A stretch of DNA of 63,937 bases, the filler included, from an uncultured bacterium (GTDB taxonomy: Bacteria > Latescibacterota > UBA2968), in assembly GCA_964471275.1 (NCBI GenBank). It is 12 parts of 12 records of this genome, joined end to end, with 100 filler letters (N's around TTAATTAATTAA, not from the genome) between each part and the next. Parts side by side here need not be neighbours in the genome. Positions count along the whole stretch, not along the records: positions 16,715 to 22,160 come from CAYYGZ010000283.1; positions 22,261 to 27,698 come from CAYYGZ010000284.1; positions 27,799 to 33,185 come from CAYYGZ010000285.1; 9 more parts are not named here. One strand, 5' to 3'. Position 1 is the first letter of the stretch. Every line of letters begins with the position of its first letter. The position numbers and the translations under genes are program-made. The notes under the pieces are model-generated. The model was not told where the DNA came from and did not search any database. It saw only the letters and a list, made by a program, of their open reading frames with translations. Below, piece after piece: positions 20,697-31,473 of this stretch.

Positions 20697-22160
20697 CTAG
20701 CCCTCCTTCTCGTGCTGCGGCAGAAAGTCGGAACTAGCTCCCGGCACGCTGTATTCATAGGGACCTCGATACACGGTCGGGACCTCAGGGAAATTGCCGT
20801 GTGGCGGCGGCGTTGGTGTGGCCCACTCAAGCGTCGTGGCATTCCACGGGTTGTCTGATTCCACCTTCTCGCCGCTCTTCCTGCTACGGATGAAGTTGAT
20901 GACGAAGAAGATCTGGGCTAACCCTAGGAACCACGCACCGTAGGAAGCGAGTTCGGTCAAACCTTGAACCTGCGCACCGTAGGCATACTGCGTTTGGTCA
21001 TACAACCGTCTCGATACGCCCGCCATACCGATGAAGAACATGGGCATGAAAACCACGTTCATTCCGATAAGTGAGAACCAGAAATGGAGTTTACCCAGCC
21101 TCTCGCACATCTTGCGCCCGGTCGCCTTCGGATACCAGTGATACACACCCGCGAAGAGCGCGAAGATAGTACCGGGTGCCACGACGTAGTGGAAGTGACC
21201 GATCACGTAGTAGGTATCGTGTAGATGAAGATCAGACCCCGCAAGCCCGAGCGGAAGCCCCGTCAGCCCCCCGATCGCGAACATCGGGATGAACGCGAGT
21301 GCAAAGAGCATCCGGGTGGGAAATCGGATTGAGCCACCGTTCAGCGAGAGGGCCATTGCGGTCAGGATAACCACCGAAGGAATCGAGATGATCATCGTGG
21401 TCGTCTGGAAGAAGGTGCTCATCGTCGTTCCCATACCCGTCATATACATATGGTGGGCCCAGACGATGAAGGACATGAAACCCAGGAAGACCGCCGAATA
21501 AACGATTGTGCGATACCCCCAAAGCGGGCGTCTCGTGTTGTTGGTGATGATCTCTCCTACGATCCCCATAGCCGGCAGAATCAGAACGTAGACTTCCGGA
21601 TGAGCCAGAAACCAGAAGAGGTGCTGCCAGAGCAGCGGGCTCCCGCCACCGGCTACTTCCAGTGGCTGACCCGATATGACCAGACCACTCGGGAGGAAGA
21701 AACTCGAGCCGGCGACACGATCCATCAACTGAAGCACACCGGCCGCCTCAAGGGGCGGGAAGGCCAGAAGCAGGAGGAATGCCGTCACGAACTGTCCCCA
21801 GACAAAGAAGGGAAGACGAAAGAAAGAAAGACCTTCAACTCTCAATTGAATCGTTGTGACGATAAAGTTGATCGCCCCGAGCAAAGAGGACGTGATCAGG
21901 AAGACCATGCCGATCAGCCACCACGTCTGCCCCGGCGGCGCAGTGTTTGCCAAGGGCGAGTAAGACGTCCATCCGGATTGGGCTGCACCACCCTCGGCAA
22001 AGAAGCTGGCCAGCATGATCAAACCACCAGAAAGAAACACCCAGTAGCTCGCCATGTTCAGCTTCGGGAATGACATATCCGGCGCGCCGATCTGCAGCGG
22101 CAACACGTAGTTACCAAAACCACCGATCGACAACGGCACGACCCCCAGGAAGATCATGAT
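20697..22160 (-). CDS. ctaD: Cytochrome c oxidase subunit I (A-type; 5' truncated)
   Basis: HPEVY, VWAHHM and [12 protein letters not shown] motifs. Confidence 0.95.
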   Translation of the reverse strand: MMIFLGVVPLSIGGFGNYVLPLQIGAPDMSFPKLNMASYWVFLSGGLIMLASFFAEGGAAQSGWTSYSPLANTAPPGQTWWLIGMVFLITSSLLGAINFIVTTIQLRVEGLSFFRLPFFVWGQFVTAFLLLLAFPPLEAAGVLQLMDRVAGSSFFLPSGLVISGQPLEVAGGGSPLLWQHLFWFLAHPEVYVLILPAMGIVGEIITNNTRRPLWGYRTIVYSAVFLGFMSFIVWAHHMYMTGMGTTMSTFFQTTTMIISIPSVVILTAMALSLNGGSIRFPTRMLFALAFIPMFAIGGLTGLPLGLAGSDLHLHDTYYVIGHFHYVVAPGTIFALFAGVYHWYPKATGRKMCERLGKLHFWFSLIGMNVVFMPMFFIGMAGVSRRLYDQTQYAYGAQVQGLTELASYGAWFLGLAQIFFVINFIRSRKSGEKVESDNPWNATTLEWATPTPPPHGNFPEVPTVYRGPYEYSVPGASSDFLPQHEKEG

Positions 22161-22444
22161 NNNNNNNNNNNNNNNNNNNNNNNNNNNNNNNNNNNNNNNN
22201 NNNNTTAATTAATTAANNNNNNNNNNNNNNNNNNNNNNNNNNNNNNNNNNNNNNNNNNNNGAGGGTCACTGAACCAAGGTCCGCGAATAGACCGGGCGAA
22301 TATCTGGTAATTCCGAATGCCTATTTCCCCATTTTCCCAATTCCAACTGAAAGCCTGTTTGGTCCTCGTCAGAGCTCAAAGGTCAATATTGCCTCCGTAG
22401 GCACTTTTGTGTGCCAATCCGGTCAGCGATCACAGATTTTCTAC

Positions 22445-22555
22445 GTAGGGGGGGCTTGCTAGCCCTCGCCCTGGCTCCGGTTGGCCGGAGCCGTCCCTCT
22501 CCTGCGCGCCTTCACTGAAGCTTCGGCGGCGCAGGCCAGCGGGAGTGGGAGAGAG
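22445..22555. repeat. REP-like nested palindrome cluster
   Basis: GTAG-initiated imperfect palindrome, GGCTCCGG/CCGGAGCC hairpin (22473-22492) and CCTGCGC..GCGCAGG hairpin (22501-22535). Confidence 0.55.
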
Positions 22556-22577
22556 TTCTATTCCGCGCGTCTCGTGG

Positions 22578-23465
22578 TTACTCCATCCCTAGGCGTGCCT
22601 TCTGTGCTTCCAGCATCTTCTGCTGTATTGCGACACGCTCAGGAACGACGCGTTCACGTTCCGTCGTGATGGCCCAGTCGAGTGACTCGGCATCCAAAGC
22701 GTCCAAGACCGCTTGTTCGACGAGCGAGTAATCGCCATCAGGGCGGTTGAAGCACAACGGTTCGTTCAGCGATACAGCCGGATTCGTGATGAAGCGGGCG
22801 CGACCGGATGGGTTGCTCGAGGCTGCGTGGAGCATATAGGGATGGATCAGGAGGACATCACCGACTTCTCCCGTGACTTCCTCGAACTGCTCACATTTTT
22901 GGATCAGCTTCCCGAACTGAGCGTCCCGGTTGAGCAGACCTTCCGGATAGTCGACCAGGTATCGAGCAATGTGACCGACGGAGTCGGGGGCCACGAATGT
23001 TCCACCACTCTGGGGCAGGATATCCGACCAAATGACGATGGTGAGGAGCCCCTGTTCCGGGCTGTCCAGGAAGTGCTTGAACCAGTCGCCGTCCTTGTGC
23101 CATCCCGGGACGTTCGGTGAGGGCGGCTGCCAGGGCTCGTTGGCCCGAATGTTGAAGTTGCAGATGAATCCATCCGCCCAGGTAACGGGTTGTTTGATGC
23201 GGTCCGCTCCGCCCATCACGTCGCACAGTCCTCCCCAGGCTTTGGGCGCGAATTCTTTCACATCCACCGTGCTCATTCTGGGCAGGTGAACGCGCGGCTT
23301 TTTCCACGTACCCAGATCACCGGGATCGTAGCCGAGGCGCTCGAAGGCCAGGGCACGCCATTCGTCTGCCAACTGGCGGTCGAAACACCCTCTTACGCAA
23401 ACGTATCCCTTTTCACGGAAGTGTTCGATCTGCTCGTCATCCAATATCTGCGTATCGCGTGTCAT
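22578..23465 (-). CDS. Phytanoyl-CoA dioxygenase (PhyH)-like Fe(II)/2OG enzyme
   Basis: QIEHFREKGY, WHKD (HxD) and distal His in MLHAAS; ATG at 23465. Confidence 0.8.
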   Translation of the reverse strand: MTRDTQILDDEQIEHFREKGYVCVRGCFDRQLADEWRALAFERLGYDPGDLGTWKKPRVHLPRMSTVDVKEFAPKAWGGLCDVMGGADRIKQPVTWADGFICNFNIRANEPWQPPSPNVPGWHKDGDWFKHFLDSPEQGLLTIVIWSDILPQSGGTFVAPDSVGHIARYLVDYPEGLLNRDAQFGKLIQKCEQFEEVTGEVGDVLLIHPYMLHAASSNPSGRARFITNPAVSLNEPLCFNRPDGDYSLVEQAVLDALDAESLDWAITTERERVVPERVAIQQKMLEAQKARLGME

Positions 23466-23618
23466 AGCGACTCCTCGGCTTTGTGAGCTGGTCTTTGCAG
23501 CGGAGAATATAGACTCCCCACTCCTTGCAGACCAGACCGTCTTGAGGGGCATCCGCGTTGACACGAATAACCATATGTGGTACATAGGTGTAGCATCACA
23601 AACGGAAAGGAATTCGTC

Positions 23619-24950
23619 GTGCAACGACTCCTCTTTTTGCTCACAACGATCGTCCTGTCTGCCCATCCTGCGGTGGCCGAGGACGTATTTCATATGAATA
23701 TCTCGGGCACGATAGAGAAGGGCCTGGCAGCCTTTGTCGATCGTGTGATGATGGAAGCCGAATCGGATGGTGTGGACGCGGTGATCATCGAGATCGACAC
23801 GCCGGGAGGAGCGCTCGATGCAGCGCTTGTGATTCGCGATGCCCTGCTCTACAGCGAGGTCAAGACGATCGCGTTTATCAACCCGCGAGCCATTTCGGCC
23901 GGCGCGCTGATATCGCTGGCAACCGATCATATCGTGATGGTCGAGGGCGGCACGATCGGGGCTGCAACCGCGGTGGATATGCAGGGGAACAAGGCGAGTG
24001 AGAAGGTGATCTCGTATTTCCGGAACGAGATGAAGGCGACCGCCGAGAAGACGGGTAGATCGTCGCAGCTTGCGGAGGCGATGGTGGACGAGGATGTGGA
24101 TGTGGAGACACTCGCACCCAAAGGAAAACTGCTCACGCTGACGACGGAAGAAGCCGTCGAACAGGAGATCGCCGAGCACAAGATCGCGTCGATCACCGAG
24201 ACCGATAAGCTGAACGATCTGCTCGCACTGTTCGGACTGGAGAAGGCGAATGTTATCCGCAAGGACATCAATTGGGCGGAACAGGCCGTACGCTGGTTGA
24301 CGCATCCGATGGTTGCGTCTCTCCTGATGTCACTCGGATTCCTGGGACTGATCTTCGAGTTTCAGAGCCCCGGTTGGGGGATCGGCGGATCACTCGCGCT
24401 GGTCTGTCTGGGTCTGTTTTTCGGCAGCCACCTGCTGGTCAGGCTCGCCAGCTGGTCGGAGGTCTTGCTGTTCCTGATCGGTCTGACCCTTGTCATTGCG
24501 GATCTGTTCTTTGTAACGGGCTTTGGCCTGCTTGCCATCCCGGGTCTGATGGCGATGTTTGCGAGTATCTTCCTGAGCCTGATGGGCCGTGTCGACCTTT
24601 GGACGTGGGATACCGCAGGTCTGGCGATTCGTCCGATCTTGATCTCGCTGTTCCTGACGATGATTATCGGGGGGCTGGTTCTGCGACGAATACCGAAATC
24701 GACGTCCTGGCAGCGGGTGGTTCTGAGCGAACGGGAGACGGGCTATCAGGCAGCCCCGATCGAGCACGAGTCGCTGGAGGGCAAGACAGGGAAAGCGCTG
24801 ACCGATCTGAGACCCGGCGGTACGGCGGAGGTCGATGGACAGCGCGTGAGCGTGACGACTGAAGGTGATTTTCTAGAGAAGAAAACGGATCTGAAGGTGG
24901 TGGAAGTCGAAGGTAATCGCATCGTCGTCCGAAAGGTCGACCCGGTGTAG
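23619..24950 (+). CDS. nfeD: NfeD family membrane-bound serine protease (YqeZ-like)
   Basis: IDTPGG, AISAGALI, KLLTLT and C-terminal TDLRPGG OB-fold; lies upstream of floA. Confidence 0.9.
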   Translation: MQRLLFLLTTIVLSAHPAVAEDVFHMNISGTIEKGLAAFVDRVMMEAESDGVDAVIIEIDTPGGALDAALVIRDALLYSEVKTIAFINPRAISAGALISLATDHIVMVEGGTIGAATAVDMQGNKASEKVISYFRNEMKATAEKTGRSSQLAEAMVDEDVDVETLAPKGKLLTLTTEEAVEQEIAEHKIASITETDKLNDLLALFGLEKANVIRKDINWAEQAVRWLTHPMVASLLMSLGFLGLIFEFQSPGWGIGGSLALVCLGLFFGSHLLVRLASWSEVLLFLIGLTLVIADLFFVTGFGLLAIPGLMAMFASIFLSLMGRVDLWTWDTAGLAIRPILISLFLTMIIGGLVLRRIPKSTSWQRVVLSERETGYQAAPIEHESLEGKTGKALTDLRPGGTAEVDGQRVSVTTEGDFLEKKTDLKVVEVEGNRIVVRKVDPV

Positions 24951-24977
24951 GACCGATTCATTCGAAAGATTGAGAGT

Positions 24978-25979
24978 GTGGATATGGATATGATTCTGTT
25001 CCTCTTCCTCGTGGTGGGTGGCGCCATCCTGGTGATGCTGTTTCTGTATTTCATCCCGGTGGCCCTCTGGATCTCGGCGCTTGCAGCACGCGTTCACATC
25101 GGGATCGGAGAAATGGTCGGGATGCGGCTTCGTCGCGTACCCCCCAACGTGATCGTTAACTCGCAGATCAACGCGAGTAAAGCCGGTGTTGAACTTACGA
25201 CGGCCTTTCTGGAGGCCCACTTTCTGTCGGGAGGCGACGTGGGCAAGGTGGTTGGTGCCCTGATCGCAGCTGATAAGGCGGGCATCACGCTTACGATCGA
25301 ACGAGCTGCCGCGATCGACCTTGCAGGTCGTGATGTCTTCGAGGCTGTGCAGGTCAGCGTGAATCCGAAAGTGATCTCGACACCGATGGTGACTGCCGTC
25401 GCGAAGGACGGGATTCAGGTGAAAGCGACTTCTCGTGTGACCGTGAGAGCGAACATCGAGCGGCTGGTTGGCGGTGCGGGCGAGGAGACGATTATCGCGC
25501 GTGTCGGTGAGGGCATCGTGACGACGATCGGTTCGGCCGATTCGCACAAGGCGGTGCTGGAGAACCCGGATATGATTTCGAGGACGGTTCTGGACAAGGG
25601 GCTCGATTCAGGGACCGCTTTTGAGATTCTGTCGATCGATATTGCTGACGTCGATGTTGGTGACAATATCGGTGCGGCCCTGCAGACGGATCAGGCGGAA
25701 GCAGATCTGAAGATCGCCCAGGCGAAAGCGGAAGAGCGCCGTGCGATGGCCGTGGCGCAAGAGCAGGAGATGTCTGCGCGTGTTCAGGAGATGCGTGCCC
25801 GTGTCGTCGAAGCCGAAGCAGAGGTGCCGCTTGCGATGGCCGAGGCATTCCGGAGCGGCAATATGGGCATTATGGACTACTACCGGATGCAGAACGTCCA
25901 GGCGGATACGCAGATGAGAGAAGGTATCGCGGGGCAGACGGATGAGGATGACGGTGGGAGCAATCAGCCGAGTAGTTAG
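24978..25979 (+). CDS. floA: Flotillin-like protein FloA (YqfA)
   Basis: [38 protein letters not shown] and [14 protein letters not shown] motifs. Confidence 0.95.
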   Translation: MDMDMILFLFLVVGGAILVMLFLYFIPVALWISALAARVHIGIGEMVGMRLRRVPPNVIVNSQINASKAGVELTTAFLEAHFLSGGDVGKVVGALIAADKAGITLTIERAAAIDLAGRDVFEAVQVSVNPKVISTPMVTAVAKDGIQVKATSRVTVRANIERLVGGAGEETIIARVGEGIVTTIGSADSHKAVLENPDMISRTVLDKGLDSGTAFEILSIDIADVDVGDNIGAALQTDQAEADLKIAQAKAEERRAMAVAQEQEMSARVQEMRARVVEAEAEVPLAMAEAFRSGNMGIMDYYRMQNVQADTQMREGIAGQTDEDDGGSNQPSS

Positions 25980-26264
25980 CGATTAGAGGAGGATCTTTCA
26001 ACGCAGAGGACGCGGCGAACGCAGAGAAGATCAGGATCTCGGAGTTCAGAGCATCAACTCGTGCGTGGTGATCGCTCGAGGGGACTGTGGCTTCGAGCCC
26101 AGGAAGGGCGACCCGTCAATAGCCAGGCGTGGCGCCCGCCGAAGGTGGACAAAATCCTGGTCTCCGACCCGGGCAACACGCAGGCGCCGCAATATGTGAT
26201 CAGAATGGATTCGACTCGACCTCGGCGCACTGTAGCCGGACACGGTATCAACTGGAGCAACCTA

Positions 26265-26795
26265 ATGAGCTTCGACGTACTCGCAATCCTGTTCATCGCC
26301 TTCAGCGTTATCTCGTCACTCGTGAACAAGTGGCAGGAACGACGTCGCGAATCCGAGCGTCAACAAAATGCTCGGCGAAGCGTCCCTCAGACTGAACCCG
26401 ATATCCCGGAGATGGATCTTTCCGAATGGGATATCTTTCAGACGCCCGAACCCGAGGAACCTCCTGTCCGCCCATCCGAGTTTCGGGAAGTGCGCGGTAC
26501 AAGACGGGTCAGCGAAGAATACACCGGCCCCGAGTTTCAGGAGGTCCGGGGAGAGCGGCCGGTTACCGAGGAGGACACGGGGCCGGAATTCAGGGATCCA
26601 CTGGCGGATGACGAAGCGTCCTACGGAAGGGCTGACGTTCAGCGCATTGTTTCCGAAGAGATACAGACCAGATCAAATGTGAAGGGAGCCCGAGGCGGCA
26701 AGCGTCGGCTCAAGTTCGATAAGGACTCGCTGGTGAACGGTATTCTGTTCCAGGAGATTCTTGGTCCACCGAGAAGTGAGCGGATGCCGTGGTAA
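26265..26795 (+). CDS. Membrane-anchored hypothetical protein (YqfB-like position)
   Basis: N-terminal TM, acidic region with an 18-aa tandem repeat, and C-terminal GILFQEILGPP. Confidence 0.75.
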   Translation: MSFDVLAILFIAFSVISSLVNKWQERRRESERQQNARRSVPQTEPDIPEMDLSEWDIFQTPEPEEPPVRPSEFREVRGTRRVSEEYTGPEFQEVRGERPVTEEDTGPEFRDPLADDEASYGRADVQRIVSEEIQTRSNVKGARGGKRRLKFDKDSLVNGILFQEILGPPRSERMPW

Positions 26796-26875
26796 CCTCT
26801 CCCGGTCCCCGCTCTGAGCAGGGGCAAGGGCGAGCAGGCGAAAAGGCAGAAGTCAAAACCATTGCCGGGAGATGA

Positions 26876-27649
26876 ATGGGTAAGTCGAAGATTTACGTTG
26901 TCGCGAAGGGGAAGACGCCTGGGGTCTACAAGGCTTGGGGTGGGGTGGGGCAGACGCAGGAGCAGGTGCAGGGGTATCCGGGGGCGGTCTACAAGAGTTT
27001 TCCGTCAGTGGGGCAGGCAATCGTGTGGTTGGACAGCGTGCCAGGGCATCATCCGGATGTGATGGCAGTGCTGGAGAAGATGCCGGAGGGAAGCGGGTCG
27101 AACGGGAAGGTGTCGAAGAGCAGTGCGGGGGCGTTCACCGGGCATCAGGCGGAGCTGGACAAAGGGAAGGTCGTGATCTATACCGATGGCGGCTGTCTTG
27201 GGAATCCGGGGCCAGGCGGATATGCCGCTGTTGTGCTGGACGGTGAAGATCGGAAGGAGCTGTCGGGCGGGTTCAGGAGAACGACCAACAACCGGATGGA
27301 AGTGCTGGCCTGTATCGAGGGCCTCGAGTCCTTGCCCGCAGGAACGGATGTGGTTCTGATCAGTGATTCGAAATACACCGTCGACGCAATGACCAAAGGT
27401 TGGGCGAAGAAGTGGCGGTCGAAGAACTGGATGCGGACACCCACAGAAGCTGCGAAGAATCCGGACCTCTGGAAACGGATGCTGGAAGTGTGCGAGGAAC
27501 GGAAGGTGTCGTTCCGGTGGGTAAAAGGTCACGCGGGGACTGAGGAAAACGAGCGGTGCGACGAGCTCGCTGTGGCAGCGTCGAAGGGAGAGGATCTGGC
27601 GGAGGACACAGGGCTTGTGGAGGAGAACAAGCCGCTGAAGCTGTTCTAG
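26876..27649 (+). CDS. rnhA: Ribonuclease HI with N-terminal hybrid-binding (viroplasmin-like) domain
   Basis: YVVAKGKTPGVY..W; YTDGGCLGNPGPGG, TTNNRME, SDSKY, WVKGH and NERCD motifs. Confidence 0.95.
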   Translation: MGKSKIYVVAKGKTPGVYKAWGGVGQTQEQVQGYPGAVYKSFPSVGQAIVWLDSVPGHHPDVMAVLEKMPEGSGSNGKVSKSSAGAFTGHQAELDKGKVVIYTDGGCLGNPGPGGYAAVVLDGEDRKELSGGFRRTTNNRMEVLACIEGLESLPAGTDVVLISDSKYTVDAMTKGWAKKWRSKNWMRTPTEAAKNPDLWKRMLEVCEERKVSFRWVKGHAGTEENERCDELAVAASKGEDLAEDTGLVEENKPLKLF

Positions 27650-27847
27650 CGCAGGAGACGACCCACCGTGTCCCTGAGTGGGCCTGATCCGTAGGATCNN
27701 NNNNNNNNNNNNNNNNNNNNNNNNNNNNNNNNNNNNNNNNNNTTAATTAATTAANNNNNNNNNNNNNNNNNNNNNNNNNNNNNNNNNNNNNNNNNNNNCC
27801 GGAGGAACTCCTGCCTTGTTTGCTTACACCCAGGAATTGCTTGCCCA

Positions 27848-28024
27848 TTGAGCCCGAATGACGTCCGTAAGGCACTCCTGTCGGTCGTGAACCCAGAGAA
27901 GGCAGCCTTCTATCCGGGTTTCTTCAAAGCCGGGAAGGTTGAGTATGCCGAGGGGGTTTGATTCCTCGGGGTCGTCGTTCCGTTTGGAAACAGCATCTGC
28001 TTTTTCGAACCTAACGTCGCCTGA
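27848..28024 (+). pseudogene. Remnant of a DNA alkylation repair (AlkD-like) protein N-terminus
   Basis: Manual translation NPEKAAFYPGFFKAGKVEYAEGV*FLGVVVP has an in-frame TGA at 27959-27961; similarity is lost soon after. Confidence 0.65.
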
Positions 28025-28041
28025 ATCCGGAGGCGACGAGT

Positions 28042-28407
28042 ATGGGAAGAGCGAAGCGTATCGATCACGTTATCGCGGTCAGGGACCTGGACGCGGCGAT
28101 TTTATACTATGAGGGTGTGTTGGGTTTTCGTGTCGAGGAGCGTGGCGCGGAGGGGTGGCGCTGGTTTCTGAAAGATGCGGTTTCCATCATGTGCGGACAC
28201 TGTCCGGAGGAAGTCGAAGCAGGGACGACCAACAATCACTCATACTTCCTGCGGGTCACGCTGGACGAGGTCGACAGCTATTGTGCGGACAACTTGGCAA
28301 AGGGCGGAGATATCTGCAATGAACTGAGCGACAAGCAGTGGGGCTTCCGTGAATTCGGTGTTCGAATGAATGAAGGCCATCGCATTCTGTTCGCCAAACG
28401 GCTCTAG
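28042..28407 (+). CDS. VOC (glyoxalase/bleomycin resistance) family protein
   Basis: IAVRDLDAAILYYEGVLGF and DKQWGFREFGV..EGHRILF motifs. Confidence 0.85.
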   Translation: MGRAKRIDHVIAVRDLDAAILYYEGVLGFRVEERGAEGWRWFLKDAVSIMCGHCPEEVEAGTTNNHSYFLRVTLDEVDSYCADNLAKGGDICNELSDKQWGFREFGVRMNEGHRILFAKRL

Positions 28408-28494
28408 TGGCGCGATCAACCTGTCTAGTCCGAGCGAATGACGATGCCGACTCGAGGGAGTTTTTCCGAATAGGGAACGCACTCAGTCATAAAC

Positions 28495-28535
28495 AGAAAG
28501 GCGGATGCTCCGTAGCAGAGCATCCGCCTTTTTCT
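28495..28535. terminator. Intrinsic terminator between the convergent VOC and ino1 genes
   Basis: 14-bp perfect stem AAAGGCGGATGCTC/GAGCATCCGCCTTT with a 7-nt loop. Confidence 0.8.
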
Positions 28536-28577
28536 CTAGCACAGCCGGTCGTGATTACCGGCAGGAACAGTATCGCG

Positions 28578-29663
28578 TTACTTTTGACCGTACTGCAAGA
28601 TGAAGTCGTCGACCATCTGGCGCGCCAGATCATCGTTGAACTGATCGGGTGGTGACTTCATAAAGTAAGCCGACGGTCCCGGGAGCGGTCCCTTGATTCC
28701 GTGGTCCAGGGCCAGCTTGCAGCACCGGACGGCATCGATCACGACGCCAGCGGAGTTCGGACTATCCCACACCTCGAGCTTGATCTCGGCCATCAGGGGC
28801 ACACCGCCGAAAGTCTCGCCTTCCATCCGGATATGACACCACTTCCGGTCCTCCAACCACGGGATGTGGTCGCTTGGCCCGACGTGCACGTTGTCATCAC
28901 CCAGGTCGTAGTCTAGCTGCGAGGTGACAGCCTGTGTCTTGCTGATTTTTTTCGATTCTAGGCGTGAGCGCTCGAGCATGTTGTAGAAGTCTGTGTTTCC
29001 GCCAAAGTTCAGCTGATACGTCTTGTTGAGCTTGACGCCGCGTTCCCTGAAGAGCCGTGTCAGCACGCGGTGTGTAATCGTCGCGCCGACCTGTGACTTG
29101 ATGTCATCACCAACGATCGGTAGACCGCGCTTGGCGAACCGCTCTGGCCAGTGACCCGTGCTGGCGATGAATACCGGCACACAGTTGACAAAGCCACATC
29201 CAGCCTGCAAGATCTGCTCCACATACCACTTTGTGGCTTCCTCGCTCCCAACGGGGAGGTAGTTGACAACGACGTCGGTTCTCGTGGCTTTCAGGACCTC
29301 AGCGACGTCGACCGTATCGCCATCTGCCTTCGTAATGACTTCGGAGAGGTATTTTCCAAGACCATCGTGTGTCATTCCCCGCAACACGGGGACATCCTGA
29401 AACGGCACTTCACTGAACTTGATTGTGTTGTTGGGGCCGGAGAAGATGGCCTCGCTCAGGTCCTTACCGACCTTATCCGCATCGATATCGAAGGCTGCAG
29501 AGAATTCGATGTCGCTGATGTGGTAACCCCCGAGGTCTGCGTGCATCAACCCGGGAACGAAAGCGCTCTCGTCAGCATCGCGGTAATACTGGATGCCCTG
29601 GACGAGCGATGAGGCGCAGTTGCCAACACCGATGATCGCGACGCGCAGTTTGCGCTTACTCAT
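28578..29663 (-). CDS. ino1: myo-inositol-1-phosphate synthase
   Basis: [39 protein letters not shown] and VWDSPNSAG motifs. Confidence 0.96.
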   Translation of the reverse strand: MSKRKLRVAIIGVGNCASSLVQGIQYYRDADESAFVPGLMHADLGGYHISDIEFSAAFDIDADKVGKDLSEAIFSGPNNTIKFSEVPFQDVPVLRGMTHDGLGKYLSEVITKADGDTVDVAEVLKATRTDVVVNYLPVGSEEATKWYVEQILQAGCGFVNCVPVFIASTGHWPERFAKRGLPIVGDDIKSQVGATITHRVLTRLFRERGVKLNKTYQLNFGGNTDFYNMLERSRLESKKISKTQAVTSQLDYDLGDDNVHVGPSDHIPWLEDRKWCHIRMEGETFGGVPLMAEIKLEVWDSPNSAGVVIDAVRCCKLALDHGIKGPLPGPSAYFMKSPPDQFNDDLARQMVDDFILQYGQK

Positions 29664-29740
29664 TGGATGTCTTCTCCTGAAAACAGTTGGGGTTCAAAGC
29701 GTGACATTCAGAAACTCAGCTATTGTCTAATATGTATCAA

Positions 29741-29755
29741 ATCAATAATATTGAT
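29741..29755. promoter_or_regulatory. Putative LysR-type binding site
   Basis: Dyad ATCAAT-AAT-ATTGAT containing T-N11-A in the AT-rich divergent intergenic region. Confidence 0.6.
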
Positions 29756-29791
29756 ATAATACATTGACGATATCTATTTATGAGGTCTGTA

Positions 29792-30751
29792 ATGAATCTC
29801 TATCACCTCAATACTTTTCTGACTGTCGCAAGGTCTCTGAGCTTCACGCGTGCGGCGAAGGATCTACACCTCACACAGCCAACGGTCAGCAGCGGTGTGG
29901 GTGAACTCGAGCGGTCGCTCGGAGTCAAGCTGTTCAATCGGAGCGGTCGATCGATCGCATTGACAATGGAGGGACGTCTCCTGCTGGCCTATGCAGAGCA
30001 GATAAACGATCTGACCACGGAAGCCCAGGATCGGATCCATCATCGGGAGGTCGAGCCGGGTGAGAGTTTTCGCTTCGGAGCGATCGATGCAGCCGTTATC
30101 TATCTGTTACCTGATGTGCTGGAGATCTACCACAACCGGTTCCCGCAAGTCGATATTTCGATCCAGGTCGATGCCTCACGTTTTCTTGTCGAGGACCTGC
30201 TGCGTGGTCGGTCGGAATTCGGTGTGATCACGCTGCTCTACAGTCATCCAAAGATCGATACGCTGACGTTGGCGGAGGATGCGTTGGCGCTTGTCGTAGG
30301 GAGTGGCCACCCTCTTGCGAGCCGTAGACGTGTCAAACTGGAAGAGATCTCTAGGGAGATGTTGATTCTGTTTCACGAAGGATCGATGTCGCGGAAACCG
30401 GTGGATGACCATCTGGCAGAAGCAGGACTTTCGCCGGGCAGGACAATGGAGATGAGCAGTCCGGAAGCCATGCGGAAGTTGGTGGAGGCGGGGGTTGGCG
30501 TGTCGTTTCTCCCTTGGATGACCGTAAAGGAATCCGTATCTGCGGGCACACTCAAGGAACTGAACGTGGTGGGGGTGAGCATGAAACGGCAGATCGGTCT
30601 GGCGTGGCGGAAGGGACGCTACTTCAGCCCTGCGATCCTAGCACTCCTCGACCTGCTGGTGGAACGGTTTGGATTGCAGACCGAGTGGAGAGAGAAGCTC
30701 TCTGGTGAAGGTCAGGGCTTACGTGCGATGACCAGCCAGTCCCAGGGGTAG
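29792..30751 (+). CDS. LysR family transcriptional regulator
   Basis: SFTRAAKDLHLTQPTVS..LERSLGVKLFNR HTH plus substrate-binding domain. Confidence 0.95.
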   Translation: MNLYHLNTFLTVARSLSFTRAAKDLHLTQPTVSSGVGELERSLGVKLFNRSGRSIALTMEGRLLLAYAEQINDLTTEAQDRIHHREVEPGESFRFGAIDAAVIYLLPDVLEIYHNRFPQVDISIQVDASRFLVEDLLRGRSEFGVITLLYSHPKIDTLTLAEDALALVVGSGHPLASRRRVKLEEISREMLILFHEGSMSRKPVDDHLAEAGLSPGRTMEMSSPEAMRKLVEAGVGVSFLPWMTVKESVSAGTLKELNVVGVSMKRQIGLAWRKGRYFSPAILALLDLLVERFGLQTEWREKLSGEGQGLRAMTSQSQG

Positions 30752-31467
30752 GGCTCACCCAGACCTGCTGGCGCATTGTCGATCATCTCTGACCAGTCGT
30801 ATTCGATTCGTCGCGTCACCATTGATTTCATTCCGTGGTCAGAGAGAAGCGTGGTGATTTCCTCGCGGGTGTGGAGCTTTGTCGGCTCAGTGCCGAGCAT
30901 AACGGTTCCCCTGATCGGGGAGAGTACTTCCTCGCGGAAGACTGCCTCGATCTCGGAGACAGCCTGTTTCCGTCTGATACCAAGAGCGATGTTTATTTCA
31001 ACGATCGTCTGGTATGTGTGGAGCAAGGACTCGTAGGCAGGAACGACGAGGATGAGCGTGCCGCGATGTTTGAGAGAGGCAACAACGTTCTCGAAGATGC
31101 ACTCTCGGACTTCCGCATCAGGCTGGATCAGCACGTTGATGCACAGAAGGGCATCGACCTTGCGTGCGATTCGAAATGGGAGAGACAGATCGGCTTGCTC
31201 GTAGCGGATGTTGTCGGCAGCTGTGTTGCGCCGCCGGGCATCGGCAAGCAGGTTGCTCGAGTGGTCGATCGCGTGGACGTGGTGGAAGAGGGGGGCGAGG
31301 ACGGGCAGCAGCGAGCCGTTGCCACAGCCGAAATCCGCGACTGACTTCCTGAGAGATGCCACTTCGGCTATGCTGGCCTTGAGGACACCGGACCGATCGC
31401 GATCAAGGATCTTGAGAACCTCCTCGTCGAATAGGTCGGCCACGCTGTCCCAGTAGTCTTTGTCCAA
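30712..31467 (-). CDS. Class I SAM-dependent methyltransferase
   Basis: VADFGCGNG motif I, AIDHS and LKHRGTLILV. Confidence 0.85.
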   Translation of the reverse strand: MDKDYWDSVADLFDEEVLKILDRDRSGVLKASIAEVASLRKSVADFGCGNGSLLPVLAPLFHHVHAIDHSSNLLADARRRNTAADNIRYEQADLSLPFRIARKVDALLCINVLIQPDAEVRECIFENVVASLKHRGTLILVVPAYESLLHTYQTIVEINIALGIRRKQAVSEIEAVFREEVLSPIRGTVMLGTEPTKLHTREEITTLLSDHGMKSMVTRRIEYDWSEMIDNAPAGLGEPYPWDWLVIARKP

Positions 31468-31473
31468 GCCGGT

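Noticed and set aside
22578..24305. 575-aa ORF and other long antisense or overlapping ORFs in the track (e.g. 13474-14775, 60137-61144)
   Set aside because: Shadow frames of well-supported genes in GC-rich DNA; true starts were reassigned where needed.
25999..26030. ACGCAGAGGACGCGGCGAACGCAGAG low-complexity repeat, with a complementary-type relative near 58525-58555
   Set aside because: Short and degenerate, so no function or boundaries can be supported.
26876..27649. Viral or retroelement origin suggested by the viroplasmin-like domain and RNase H
   Set aside because: This domain fusion is a common bacterial RNase HI architecture, and no reverse transcriptase or integrase is adjacent.
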